64,000 nucleotides of DNA. Origin: an uncultured delta proteobacterium. GTDB lineage: Bacteria > Myxococcota > UBA727 > VGSZ01. The notes beneath the pieces are model-generated. The model saw nothing but the letters and a program-made list of their open reading frames with translations, had not been told where the DNA came from and ran no database searches. The translations under genes were made by a program, and so were the position numbers. The stretch spans positions 224,001-288,000 of the forward strand of contig CAVZJB010000003.1 of assembly GCA_963775425.1 (NCBI GenBank), given 5' to 3'. The number at the start of each line of letters is the position of its first letter. The stretch's first letter is position 1. This document shows positions 50,742 to 60,036 of this stretch, one piece after another.

Positions 50742-52607
50742 GTGACCGCCGACGAGCGCCGCCGCCGCCTGCGCGACATCAAGGCCGTCGACGAGACGGC
50801 GCTCGATCTCGTGTACGAGTCGCTCGCCGACGAGGATCCCGGGGTGCGCCGCGAGGCCATCCGGCTCATCGCGCGCTCGGCGCCGTCGCCGGGGCTCCTG
50901 CTCACCCTCGAAAAGGCCCTCACCGACGACAAGGAGCTCGCCCGGCGGTCCGCCGCCATGGAGGCGCTCGCGGCGATGGGCAAGTCGGCGCTCATGTTGC
51001 TCACGCGGCTCACGGGCGATCCCCGCGCGGGGGTACGCCGGCTCGCCGTCGACGCGCTCGGCCTGTCGCGCATGCCCGAGTCCATCGAGGTCCTCGAGAA
51101 GGCCGCCCGCGACCCGCAGCCGGCGGTGCGGTCGGCGGCGCTCGAGGCGGTGGCGCGCACGGGTGCGTCGCGCGCGCCGTCGGTGCTCATCCGCGCCGTC
51201 GAGGACAGGACCGAGGTGCCGGCGGTGGTGCTCGCCGCGCTGCTCGGCCTGCTGCAGCTCAACAAGACGCCCGCCGCGCACATCCTGCGGCGCCTCGTCG
51301 ACGACGCCCTCACCGCGCCGCCCGCGCTGCGCCTGCTCGGCCGCGCCGGCGAGGCCGCGTTCCTCGTCGATGCGCTGGTCACGCATACGGCCTCGCGTCA
51401 GCGCGCCGCCGTGCTCGGCCTCGCCGAAGCGCTCGAGACGCACCCGGCGCCCGGGCGCTTGCGCTCGCGTGAGTCCGTCGATGCGCTGCACAAGCTCGTC
51501 GAGAGCGCCGACGTGCAGGTCGCCTGCGCCGCCCTCGTCGTGGCGGCCCACGCCGGCGACGTCGGCGCGCTCGTGCAGGCGGCGGCGCGCGACGACCGCG
51601 CCCACCTGTCGTCGGCGGCGCACCGCGCCCTCAACGTCCTCGGGCAGAGCCGCTCCGATCTGCCCGAGACGCTGCGGATGCTCGTCGCCGACGACGCGCC
51701 CGGCGCGGAGCTGGTGCTCGAGCTCGCCGACGCCGCCGAGCGCGCGCGCGCCCGGCTGCGCTCGCCGCGGCCGTCGGGGACGGCGCGCCTCGACGACCGC
51801 TCCTTCGCGCGCCTCGCGCGGCTCGTGGAACAGCTCTCGGGCATCGCCATCACCGACGACGCGCGCGTCCGCCTGGAGGCGCGGCTGTTGCCGCGCGTCG
51901 AGGACACCGGCTGCGGCGACTTCGCCTCGTACGTGGAGCTCCTCGCCGGCCGCGGCGACGACAGCCGCGCGGAGCTCCTGCGCGCGCTCGACCTCATCAC
52001 CATCCACGAGACCTACTTCTTCCGCGAGCGCGCGCAGCTCGACGCCTTCCGCGACGACGTCCTGCCGGGCATGGCCGCCCGCGCGGGCGCCGGCGGCCTC
52101 CGCCTGTGGTCGGCGGGTTGCTCCACCGGCGAGGAGGCGTACACGCTGGGCATCCTCCTCGAGGAGGCGGGCGTCCAGGCCTGGGAGGTGCTCGGCACGG
52201 ACCTCAGCACCACGTCCCTCGATGTCGCGCGCTCGGGGCGCTTCACGCCGCGCAGCTTCCGCGGCGAGATCGACCAGCGCATCCGCCGCAAGTGGTTCAT
52301 CTACGAGCTCGGCGGCGTCCACGTGCACCCCGATCTCCGCAAGAAGGCCCGCTTCGAGGTGCTCAACCTCGTCGACGAGCCCGCGGTGACCGCGCTGCCG
52401 CTCTTCGACGTCATCTTCTGCCGGAACGTCCTCATCTACATGAGCCCGCCGGCGCGCGCGCGCGTCATCGATCAGTTCTGGCGGCGGCTCAAGCCGGGCG
52501 GCCTGCTGATGCTCGGCCACAGCGAGTCGCTGCTCCACGTCGATACGCCGTTCAAGCTGCGCCCGCTCCAGCGCGCGCTCGCCTACGAGAAAGCACCGTC
52601 GCCATGA
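50742..52607 (+). CDS. cheR: HEAT-repeat/CheR methyltransferase fusion
   Basis: N-terminal HEAT repeats; TIHETYFFRE, WSAGCSTGEEAY, DVIFCRNVLIY, LGHSESL. Confidence 0.9.
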   Translation: MTADERRRRLRDIKAVDETALDLVYESLADEDPGVRREAIRLIARSAPSPGLLLTLEKALTDDKELARRSAAMEALAAMGKSALMLLTRLTGDPRAGVRRLAVDALGLSRMPESIEVLEKAARDPQPAVRSAALEAVARTGASRAPSVLIRAVEDRTEVPAVVLAALLGLLQLNKTPAAHILRRLVDDALTAPPALRLLGRAGEAAFLVDALVTHTASRQRAAVLGLAEALETHPAPGRLRSRESVDALHKLVESADVQVACAALVVAAHAGDVGALVQAAARDDRAHLSSAAHRALNVLGQSRSDLPETLRMLVADDAPGAELVLELADAAERARARLRSPRPSGTARLDDRSFARLARLVEQLSGIAITDDARVRLEARLLPRVEDTGCGDFASYVELLAGRGDDSRAELLRALDLITIHETYFFRERAQLDAFRDDVLPGMAARAGAGGLRLWSAGCSTGEEAYTLGILLEEAGVQAWEVLGTDLSTTSLDVARSGRFTPRSFRGEIDQRIRRKWFIYELGGVHVHPDLRKKARFEVLNLVDEPAVTALPLFDVIFCRNVLIYMSPPARARVIDQFWRRLKPGGLLMLGHSESLLHVDTPFKLRPLQRALAYEKAPSP

Positions 52608-53659
52608 ACATGCGCAACCTCCCGTCGACCGAAGGTCTCCCCGTCGACGGCCGCGGCCCGCGCGTGCTCGTCGTCGACGACAGCGCGCCGCTGCGCGCCG
52701 CGATCGCCGAGACGCTCGAGGAGGGCGGCTGCGAGGTCGTGGGCCGCGCCATGGACGGCTCCATGGCGCTCCGCTACGTCCTCGACGAGGATCCCGACGT
52801 CATCACCCTCGACCTCGAGATGCCGCGCATGGACGGCTTCACGTTCCTGCGCATCCTGCAAAAGACCCGCAACATCCCCGTCATCGTGATCACGTCGGAC
52901 TCGCGGCCGGAGGCGGCGCTGATGGCGCTGGAGCTCGGGGCCCGCGACTTCGTCGTGAAGCCCGCGCGTCCCACCGACATCCGCAACCTGAAGAGCCAGC
53001 TCCTCGCCCGGGTGCGCACGCTGGCGGCGCTCAAGATGCGGGTGCCGCCGACGTGGGCGCCGCCGCCGGAGGTGGCGGTGCCGTCGGCCACCGCCCTCGT
53101 CACCATCGGCTGCTCCACCGGCGGCCCGCGCGCGCTGCGCGACCTCCTGTCGCGGCCGCGGCTGCCGTGGCGCGCGCCGGTGTTGGTGGCGCAGCACATG
53201 CCGCCCAACTTCACCGCCGCGTTCGCCGAGCGGCTCAAGAAGGTCACCAACCTCGACGTGGCCGAGGCCCGGGACGGCGAGCTCGTCGCGCCGGGGCAGG
53301 TGCGTGTGGCGCCCGGCGGCCACCACCTGCTGGCCGACACCGACGGCGGACGCCTGAAGCTTCGGGTCGTCCCCGCCGTGTCGTCCGACCGCTGGGTCCC
53401 GAGCGTCGACCGCCTCTTCGAGTCCGCGGCCCGCGTGGCCGGCAACCGGCTCCTGGCCCTCGTGCTCACAGGCATGGGGAAGGACGGCGTCGAGGGCGCC
53501 AAGGCCCTGCGGGCGGTCGGGGCACCTCTGTGGTGCGAGTCCGCCCTCACCGCGGCGGTGGACGGCATGCCCGCCGCCGCCGCCGCCGCCCACGGCGACG
53601 CCGACCGCGTCCCCCTCGACGAGCTGTCTCTGTTGCTCGCCAAGGCGCTCGAGAGTTAG
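52604..53659 (+). CDS. cheB: Chemotaxis methylesterase CheB
   Basis: Receiver domain plus GCSTGGP, QHMP, PSVDRLF, LTGMGKDG. Confidence 0.95.
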   Translation: MNMRNLPSTEGLPVDGRGPRVLVVDDSAPLRAAIAETLEEGGCEVVGRAMDGSMALRYVLDEDPDVITLDLEMPRMDGFTFLRILQKTRNIPVIVITSDSRPEAALMALELGARDFVVKPARPTDIRNLKSQLLARVRTLAALKMRVPPTWAPPPEVAVPSATALVTIGCSTGGPRALRDLLSRPRLPWRAPVLVAQHMPPNFTAAFAERLKKVTNLDVAEARDGELVAPGQVRVAPGGHHLLADTDGGRLKLRVVPAVSSDRWVPSVDRLFESAARVAGNRLLALVLTGMGKDGVEGAKALRAVGAPLWCESALTAAVDGMPAAAAAAHGDADRVPLDELSLLLAKALES

Positions 53660-53670
53660 GGTTCGTCGCC

Positions 53671-54459
53671 ATGACCCGCAAGAGCGACGACGAAGGCAAG
53701 AGTCACGAGGACTTTCTCGTCCTGTTCCGGCGCGGTCTCAAGTTCACCGAGGAGCTCCTCGCCGAAAACGAGAAGCTGCGCTTTCGCGTGGCCGCGCTCG
53801 AGAGCACCGGCGGCGACGCCGACGTGCACACGCTCCGGCAAAAGGTGCGCGAGCTCGAAGAGGAGAAGAAGCGGTTGCTGTCGTCGTACCAGGAGGTGGA
53901 GACGCTCAACCGCGACTACCAGGCGCGCTACGCGGAGATCGAGGAAGAGCACAACAACCTCGCCAACCTGTACATCGCCAGCTACCAGCTCCACTCCACG
54001 ATGACGTTCCGCGAGGTGGTGCAGGTCATCAACGAGATCGTCATCAACCTGGTCGGCGTGAGCCGCTTCACCATGTACCTCGTCGACGCACCCGCGCAGA
54101 CCATGAACGCCATCTCCGCCGAGGGCCACGAGGCGTCGGAGGTGAAGCCCATCCCGCTCGGCGAGGGCATCGTGGGCAAGGCCACCCGGGACCGGCAGCG
54201 CTTCGTCGCGGACAACCCCGCGCACTCGCCGCTCGCGGTCATCCCGCTGGCCACGGTGGAAAACGTGGTCGGCGCCATCGTCATCGAGAAGCTGCTGGTG
54301 CAGAAGGAGGGCTTCACCGCCGTGGACAACGAGCTGTTCAACCTGCTCTCGGTCCACGCCGCCACGGCGCTCCTCTCCGGCCTGTTGCGCGATCAAGTGG
54401 GCGAGACGGGCGCAGCGCAAGCGCTCACGATCACGCACGCCCGAAAACTCTTGCAGTAG
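53671..54459 (+). CDS. Coiled-coil plus GAF domain protein of the chemosensory cluster
   Basis: Coiled coil, NNLANLYIASYQLHS, GEGIVGK, LAVIPL...VGAI. Confidence 0.85.
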   Translation: MTRKSDDEGKSHEDFLVLFRRGLKFTEELLAENEKLRFRVAALESTGGDADVHTLRQKVRELEEEKKRLLSSYQEVETLNRDYQARYAEIEEEHNNLANLYIASYQLHSTMTFREVVQVINEIVINLVGVSRFTMYLVDAPAQTMNAISAEGHEASEVKPIPLGEGIVGKATRDRQRFVADNPAHSPLAVIPLATVENVVGAIVIEKLLVQKEGFTAVDNELFNLLSVHAATALLSGLLRDQVGETGAAQALTITHARKLLQ

Positions 54460-54522
54460 GTTCCGGACGGCCGCACCACCAATTTTGCTTTTCGCCACCC
54501 GACGAGAGAAAACAGCACCGAC

Positions 54523-54903
54523 ATGGCCGACACGCTGCATGCCCTGGTGGTCGAAGACTCCCCCACGATGAGGCAGCTCATCGTGTTCGCCCTGTCGCGC
54601 ATCAAGGTGCTGAAGGTGGTCGAGGCCGACGACGGCGTGGACGCGCTCAAGAAGCTCTCGCAGCAGCACTTCGACATCCTCATCACCGACATCAACATGC
54701 CGATGATGGACGGGCTGAAGCTCGTGTCCATGGTGCGCAAGGACGAAGTCCACAAGGACATCCCCATCATCATCATCACCACGGAGGGCGCGCAGGAAGA
54801 CCGGCAGCGCGCGCTCTCGCTCGGCGCCAACGCGTACATCACCAAGCCCATCCAGGCGCCGCAGGTGATCTCGAAGGTCAAGGACCTGCTGAAGCTCGGC
54901 TGA
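54523..54903 (+). CDS. cheY: CheY-like response regulator
   Basis: LVVEDSPTMR, TDINMPMMDG, ITTEG, YITKP. Confidence 0.92.
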   Translation: MADTLHALVVEDSPTMRQLIVFALSRIKVLKVVEADDGVDALKKLSQQHFDILITDINMPMMDGLKLVSMVRKDEVHKDIPIIIITTEGAQEDRQRALSLGANAYITKPIQAPQVISKVKDLLKLG

Positions 54904-54922
54904 GAGGCGGGCTGCCCCGTCC

Positions 54923-55006
54923 CGGCCGCTCCCTCCGGTCGCCGATCAAGCGCGGCCGCTCCCTCCCCGATCAAGCGCGGCCGCTCCCTCCGGTCGCTGA
55001 TCAAGC
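54923..55006 (+). repeat. Three tandem copies (one full, two partial) of a GATC-bounded 30/34-bp repeat
   Basis: Full copy GATCAAGCGCGGCCGCTCCCTCCGGTCGCTGATC at 54969-55002. Other copies at 2033-2066, 15177-15210 and 48878-48911. Confidence 0.85.
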
Positions 55007-55132
55007 ACGCACCCCGCGATCGTTAGCGGACGCACGCCGCCCGATCGAAAGATTCCAGATACTTAGCTCCCGGTAGACAGGCAAACTTTTTGCTTTAGGG
55101 TGTGCCGCACTGTCCTACCCAGAGGAAGCAAG

Positions 55133-58100
55133 ATGCACACTCTTTCGCGCATTGTATTGGTTCTCGGCGTCGTGGCTGCGGCCGCAGCCTGCCCGGGCGT
55201 CGGCGATATCGACCGCACCCAGCCCGAGAAGGTGAAGAAGAGCATCTTCTTCAACGACGACGGCACCCCCGCCGAGTTCTATTACCGCACCACCGTCATC
55301 GACGTGCCCGCCACCAACGGCGTCACGTTCATCGGCGACCAGAGCGACACCGAGCGCGTGGTCTTCGAGGTCACGGAGAACTTCCTCTTCGTCTATCGCA
55401 GCTACGGCTGGCTGCAGAACGAGGGCGTCGTCGCGGGCAACCAGGGCGACGGCTACACCCGCCCCGGCGTCCCCTACGACGGCGCGCCCATCGCGGCGTT
55501 CCGCATCCAGAGCCACTTCGACGTGAAGCGGCAGTACAACCCGGCCACGGGTGAGCAGACCAACGTCATCTACGAGGACCAGTCGGATCGCCCCTGGTAC
55601 CAGCGCGAGTACATGCGCGTGGATTGGTCGAACAACAGCATCGCGGACTTCCGCTTCGACAGCCCGGTGGCGTTCCAGACGCCCGCGTCGGTGTCGGTGC
55701 CCGAGGAGGACGGTCTCGGCGACAACAAGGACCGCCCCGTCATCACCCCCGAGTACATCGACGTCGTGGATAAGTATAACGTGGGTCCCGAGGCTGTTGA
55801 CCTCTCCTACTATGGCTACGGCATGGTCCCCGAGTGCTACTTCTCTCCGTCTTTGTTCAAGGACTGCTTCGGGGGCACCATCAAGGTGCGCGCCTCGTTC
55901 CGCAAGGTCGCCAAGAGCGACTACGTCCCGCTCGACTACGATGACCTCCGCTTCCAGAAGTTCGGCTTCTTCCGCTCCGAGCGCTTCGCGTATGACGACC
56001 AGTACGACGTCGTCGAGCAGTCGCAGGTCAAGCGCGCCAACCGCTGGAACATCTGGAAGGACGCGGCCTCCTGCTACAACCCCGAGGCGGACCTCCCGTA
56101 CTCGGCGTGCAAGCCCGACCAGCTCCGCACCATCGTCTACTACCTCAACGAGGACTTCCCGAAGGACCCGCCGGAGCTTCGCCAGATGGCGCTCCACAAC
56201 GCGGACCAGTGGAACAAGCTCCTCACCGACGCCGTCAAGGCCTCCACCGGCTTCACCGACGCGGACATCGGCGACCACCGCATGTTCACGCTGTGCGCGA
56301 ACAACCCCGTGCAGGAAGGCGACCCGGCGGAGTGCGGCGCCGTCGGCACCAACCCGCAGATCGGCGACCTGCGGTACTCGATGTACTACTACATCCCCAA
56401 CTACCAGGCGGCTCCGCCGCTCGGATACGGGCCTGCCGCCACCGATCCGCTGACTGGTGAGATCATCCAGGCCAACGCCTTCTACTATGGCTACGCCGGC
56501 GCGTGGATCGCCGCGCGCACCCGCGACGAGGTCAAGCTCCAGCTCGGCCTCCTGTCTCCCGACGACATCTCCGACGGCGCGCTCGCGCGTGGCGCGGTGT
56601 CGGCGGCGCAGGAAGCGGCGCGCCAGAGCACGCAGGCCCACGCCATGCCCGCCAACGTCGGCGAGAAGGCCCGGCGCATGGCGCAGAACCTCCACATCAA
56701 GGAGCAGGGGGCGCGCCTGCGCGCGCAGATCGCTTCGGGCTACGCGCTCGTCGACAAGCGCCCGGGACGCAAGCAGGCGCTGTTGAACAGCGGCGCCGGC
56801 GGGCTGCTCCTCACCGACGAGATGAAGCAGGTCTTCGGCCCCGCGCTCCTCGACGAGAACGTCGATCCCGAGCACGCTGACGACGTCATGACCGCGCGCC
56901 TCTTCGACAACGACGCGCTCTTCAACCACTACCGCATGCGCACCGAGCGTTTCCTCAAGCCCGAGGCCGGCGGCTGCATCCTGCGCGCCGAGGACGTCTT
57001 CGACGACGCGCTCCTCGGCCTGACGGCCACGGTGAAGAGCAAGTTCTACGACACCACCACCTCGCCGCCGTCGCTCAAGGCGGGCTTCACCGAGGACGAC
57101 GTCTTCAACTTCGTCCTCGCCAACACCCTCGGCGACACGATGCTCCACGAGATGGGCCACACCATGGGCCTGCGCCACAACTTCGCGGGCAGCACCGACG
57201 CACTCAACTTCGGTCCCCGCTACTGGGAGCTGCGCGGCCAGCTCGTGCCGCCGGGCGGCACCCGCCCGGTGCCGGAGTGGGAGATCTCGGGCAACCTCGT
57301 CGACCTGCAGCAGTCGGCGCTCGACCAGGGCATGCGCGACGAGCAGACCTCGTCGGTCATGGACTACGAGTCGACCTACGGCACGCGCGTCGCCCTCGGC
57401 GCGTACGACTTCGCCGCCATCAAGTACGCGTACGGCGACATCGTCGAGGTCTTCGACAGCCCGGACATCACGCCGGACAAGGCCAAGCTCCTCCAGCCCG
57501 GCGAGCTGCACTACACCTACTACCCCGAGGTCGTGTCCAAGGCGGGCAGCTACGGCGAGCGCGCCGCGGCCCTCTACCAGCGCCACGACGTCAACTTCCG
57601 CAAGGCCGGCGGCGACGGCTCGGTCGAGGTTCCGTACTCGTTCTGCTCGGACGAGTACCGGGGCGCGTCGGCCACCTGCGCCATCTGGGACGTGGGCGCC
57701 GACAACTTCGAGCGCACCGTCTACGAGACCAACCACTACCGGAACTACTCGATCTTCAACAACTTCAAGCGTGAGCGCCTGACGTACGGCCTCGACATCT
57801 TCGGGTACCTGTCGCGCGTCTACCGCTACAACCTCACCTACGTCCTCAACCAGTACAAGAACTGGGTCGACGACGAGCTCATCATCCGCAGCGGCAAGCC
57901 GTGCCTCGCGGTCGACCTCGCGGCCGATCCGAGCGGCGGCATCGTCACCGAGAGCACCGACCGCTTCGCCGCGGATCAGTGCGGCCTCGCGGGCTTCCTC
58001 GGGAGCGTCGAGACCATCAACCTGCTCGGCGAGATCCTCCAGGAGCCCGACGTGGGCTGCTACGAGCGCCTGAAGCCCGGCTGCTACGACACCGTCGTCG

Positions 58101-59179
58101 GCAACGCCAACGACTCGACCCCGCCGACCGATCCGGACATCCGGCTCGTCGACGCGGATCCCGACAGCGCGACGTGCGCCAGCTACGTGCCCTCGCAGCC
58201 GAGCCCGACGGACACGCAGTCCTCGCGCCGCGTCTTGCTCTCGGTCCGGGCGACCACGCCGTACGCGCACGTCACCGACACCACCTCGTGCGACGGTGTC
58301 GCCACCCTCAGGGACTCCGTCACCGACGACGACCTCATGGAGCAGCCGCTCGACCTCGCCTACCGCCCCGGCGGCGCGCGGCCGGCCAACACGCTCTATG
58401 ACCGCGACCGCTACGGCTACTACTTCTACGACAAGCCGCTCACCATCGGCTCGTGGTGGGACAAGTGGCTGGCCGTGAAGGCGCTCGGCGATCCCGACAC
58501 CAACTTCATCGGTGTGGATGCGTCGTCCGATACCCGCGCGTTCCTCATCTCGTTGAACACGCTGTTCGGCAACGACATCAACAACCTCATCGGCGGCGCC
58601 GTGACCGACAACGTCGGCGTCTACGGTCCGGTGGTGAACACGGCCGGCAACGACGTCGAGATCCTCCCGGTGCTCGACATCAACACGGGCGGCGCCATCG
58701 ACCGCACGCAGATCGGCCGCGCCACCATCAACCCCGATCAGCAGTACACGTTCCGGCTGCTCGCCATGTTCAACGCGGCGTACAACGGCCAGTACACCGA
58801 CCGCTTCGAGTTCGGCGAGTCGCTCAACATCGGCAACGCGTACAACCTGACCAACACGGACATCCCCGACGACGTCCGCTCCGATCCCGCGCGCTACGCC
58901 GAGGTCACCGACCCCGTCACGGGCATCAAGTGGTTCGCCCTCAACCAGCAGCGTTCGGACGCGCCTGGCCTGTACAGCATCGGCTACCAGTTCATCCGCG
59001 ACATCAAGGACCGCTACTACGTGGGCGGCGCGGACGGCCCGGGTACCGAGCTGCAGCCGGGCTTCCAGGGCCAGTTCGAGTTCATGCCGCGGCAGGACCT
59101 CGACATCGTCCGCATCATGTCGTCCGCCGCCGGCGTGTTCGGCTACGCGGACGTCTGGTCCGGCGACCTGCAGTTCTGA
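55133..59179 (+). CDS. Large Met-zincin zinc metalloprotease lipoprotein (DUF4953/EcxA-like)
   Basis: Lipobox AAAC, GDLRYS, LGYGP..DPLTGEII, HEMGHTMGLRHNF, SSVMDY Met-turn, YDFAAIKYAY. Confidence 0.92.
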   Translation: MHTLSRIVLVLGVVAAAAACPGVGDIDRTQPEKVKKSIFFNDDGTPAEFYYRTTVIDVPATNGVTFIGDQSDTERVVFEVTENFLFVYRSYGWLQNEGVVAGNQGDGYTRPGVPYDGAPIAAFRIQSHFDVKRQYNPATGEQTNVIYEDQSDRPWYQREYMRVDWSNNSIADFRFDSPVAFQTPASVSVPEEDGLGDNKDRPVITPEYIDVVDKYNVGPEAVDLSYYGYGMVPECYFSPSLFKDCFGGTIKVRASFRKVAKSDYVPLDYDDLRFQKFGFFRSERFAYDDQYDVVEQSQVKRANRWNIWKDAASCYNPEADLPYSACKPDQLRTIVYYLNEDFPKDPPELRQMALHNADQWNKLLTDAVKASTGFTDADIGDHRMFTLCANNPVQEGDPAECGAVGTNPQIGDLRYSMYYYIPNYQAAPPLGYGPAATDPLTGEIIQANAFYYGYAGAWIAARTRDEVKLQLGLLSPDDISDGALARGAVSAAQEAARQSTQAHAMPANVGEKARRMAQNLHIKEQGARLRAQIASGYALVDKRPGRKQALLNSGAGGLLLTDEMKQVFGPALLDENVDPEHADDVMTARLFDNDALFNHYRMRTERFLKPEAGGCILRAEDVFDDALLGLTATVKSKFYDTTTSPPSLKAGFTEDDVFNFVLANTLGDTMLHEMGHTMGLRHNFAGSTDALNFGPRYWELRGQLVPPGGTRPVPEWEISGNLVDLQQSALDQGMRDEQTSSVMDYESTYGTRVALGAYDFAAIKYAYGDIVEVFDSPDITPDKAKLLQPGELHYTYYPEVVSKAGSYGERAAALYQRHDVNFRKAGGDGSVEVPYSFCSDEYRGASATCAIWDVGADNFERTVYETNHYRNYSIFNNFKRERLTYGLDIFGYLSRVYRYNLTYVLNQYKNWVDDELIIRSGKPCLAVDLAADPSGGIVTESTDRFAADQCGLAGFLGSVETINLLGEILQEPDVGCYERLKPGCYDTVVGNANDSTPPTDPDIRLVDADPDSATCASYVPSQPSPTDTQSSRRVLLSVRATTPYAHVTDTTSCDGVATLRDSVTDDDLMEQPLDLAYRPGGARPANTLYDRDRYGYYFYDKPLTIGSWWDKWLAVKALGDPDTNFIGVDASSDTRAFLISLNTLFGNDINNLIGGAVTDNVGVYGPVVNTAGNDVEILPVLDINTGGAIDRTQIGRATINPDQQYTFRLLAMFNAAYNGQYTDRFEFGESLNIGNAYNLTNTDIPDDVRSDPARYAEVTDPVTGIKWFALNQQRSDAPGLYSIGYQFIRDIKDRYYVGGADGPGTELQPGFQGQFEFMPRQDLDIVRIMSSAAGVFGYADVWSGDLQF

Positions 59180-59245
59180 CCCTGCACCATGATGGGCGCG
59201 CCCCGCGGCGCGCTCCGACGCCCCCTCCGGCCCCGCGGCCCGAGG

Positions 59246-59303
59246 GGGCGTCCTCGTCTGGGCGTCCTCGTCTGGGCGTCCTCGTCTGGGCGCCCTCGTT
59301 TGG
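59246..59303 (+). repeat. Short tandem repeat, ~4 x 14 bp
   Basis: GGGCGTCCTCGTCT three times plus one degenerate copy. Confidence 0.8.
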
Positions 59304-59340
59304 CGGGCCAAATCGGGCCCCTGCCCGATATGGTTTGCGT

Positions 59341-60009
59341 ATGGAGATCAAGCGCGTTCAGGGCGTCCGCGGTCCGATGCGGCTGCCGAGCGAGGTGCCC
59401 GAGATCACGGCGGAGCAGCTTGACGCCGTCGTCTTGCGCAGCGGTTCGGCGGCGGGCCTGCGCGACGAGCTCGACGCCAAGCTGCGCGAGGGGCACCGCT
59501 GCTCCCGGCACGACGTCGAGCGCATGGTTGCCCGCGGTCGGCACAAGGACGGCCGCGTGGACGCCAACCACGCCGTGGTGCTCGCCTATTACGCGCAAAA
59601 GCACCGCCACGTCTTCGACCCGGACGCCGAGCCGCTCGTCGTGCAGTTCATCGGGGACGCCGACTGGACCGCGCTCATGATCGAGCTCGACACGTTCATC
59701 GAGAAGCTCCGCGAGCAGGCGCGCGAGGCGGAGAAGAAGCGCGAGCTCGACAAGGAGCGCTTCGAGGACGACGTGCTCAAGCCCGAAGAGCGCCGCCTCG
59801 AGCTCAAGAAGGAAAACGGCACAGTGGAGGAGCGCAAGGACGAGCGCGTCCACGAGGAGCTGAAGAAGAGCGCCGACCAGGATCGCCTCAGGGAGGCGTC
59901 CATCACCGACGTCGAAGACGAGCTCACCGGCAGCGGCCGCGTGAAGCTCTCCGACGCGGAGCTCGCGAAGCTGGGCTTGATGAAGAGAGGCTTCGCCAAC
60001 CGCAAGTAG
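59341..60009 (+). CDS. Hypothetical protein with charged coiled-coil C-terminus
   Basis: MEIKRVQG... ORF with host codon bias. Confidence 0.7.
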   Translation: MEIKRVQGVRGPMRLPSEVPEITAEQLDAVVLRSGSAAGLRDELDAKLREGHRCSRHDVERMVARGRHKDGRVDANHAVVLAYYAQKHRHVFDPDAEPLVVQFIGDADWTALMIELDTFIEKLREQAREAEKKRELDKERFEDDVLKPEERRLELKKENGTVEERKDERVHEELKKSADQDRLREASITDVEDELTGSGRVKLSDAELAKLGLMKRGFANRK

Positions 60010-60036
60010 CGCAACCGCAACGCAGAAGGGGACTCG

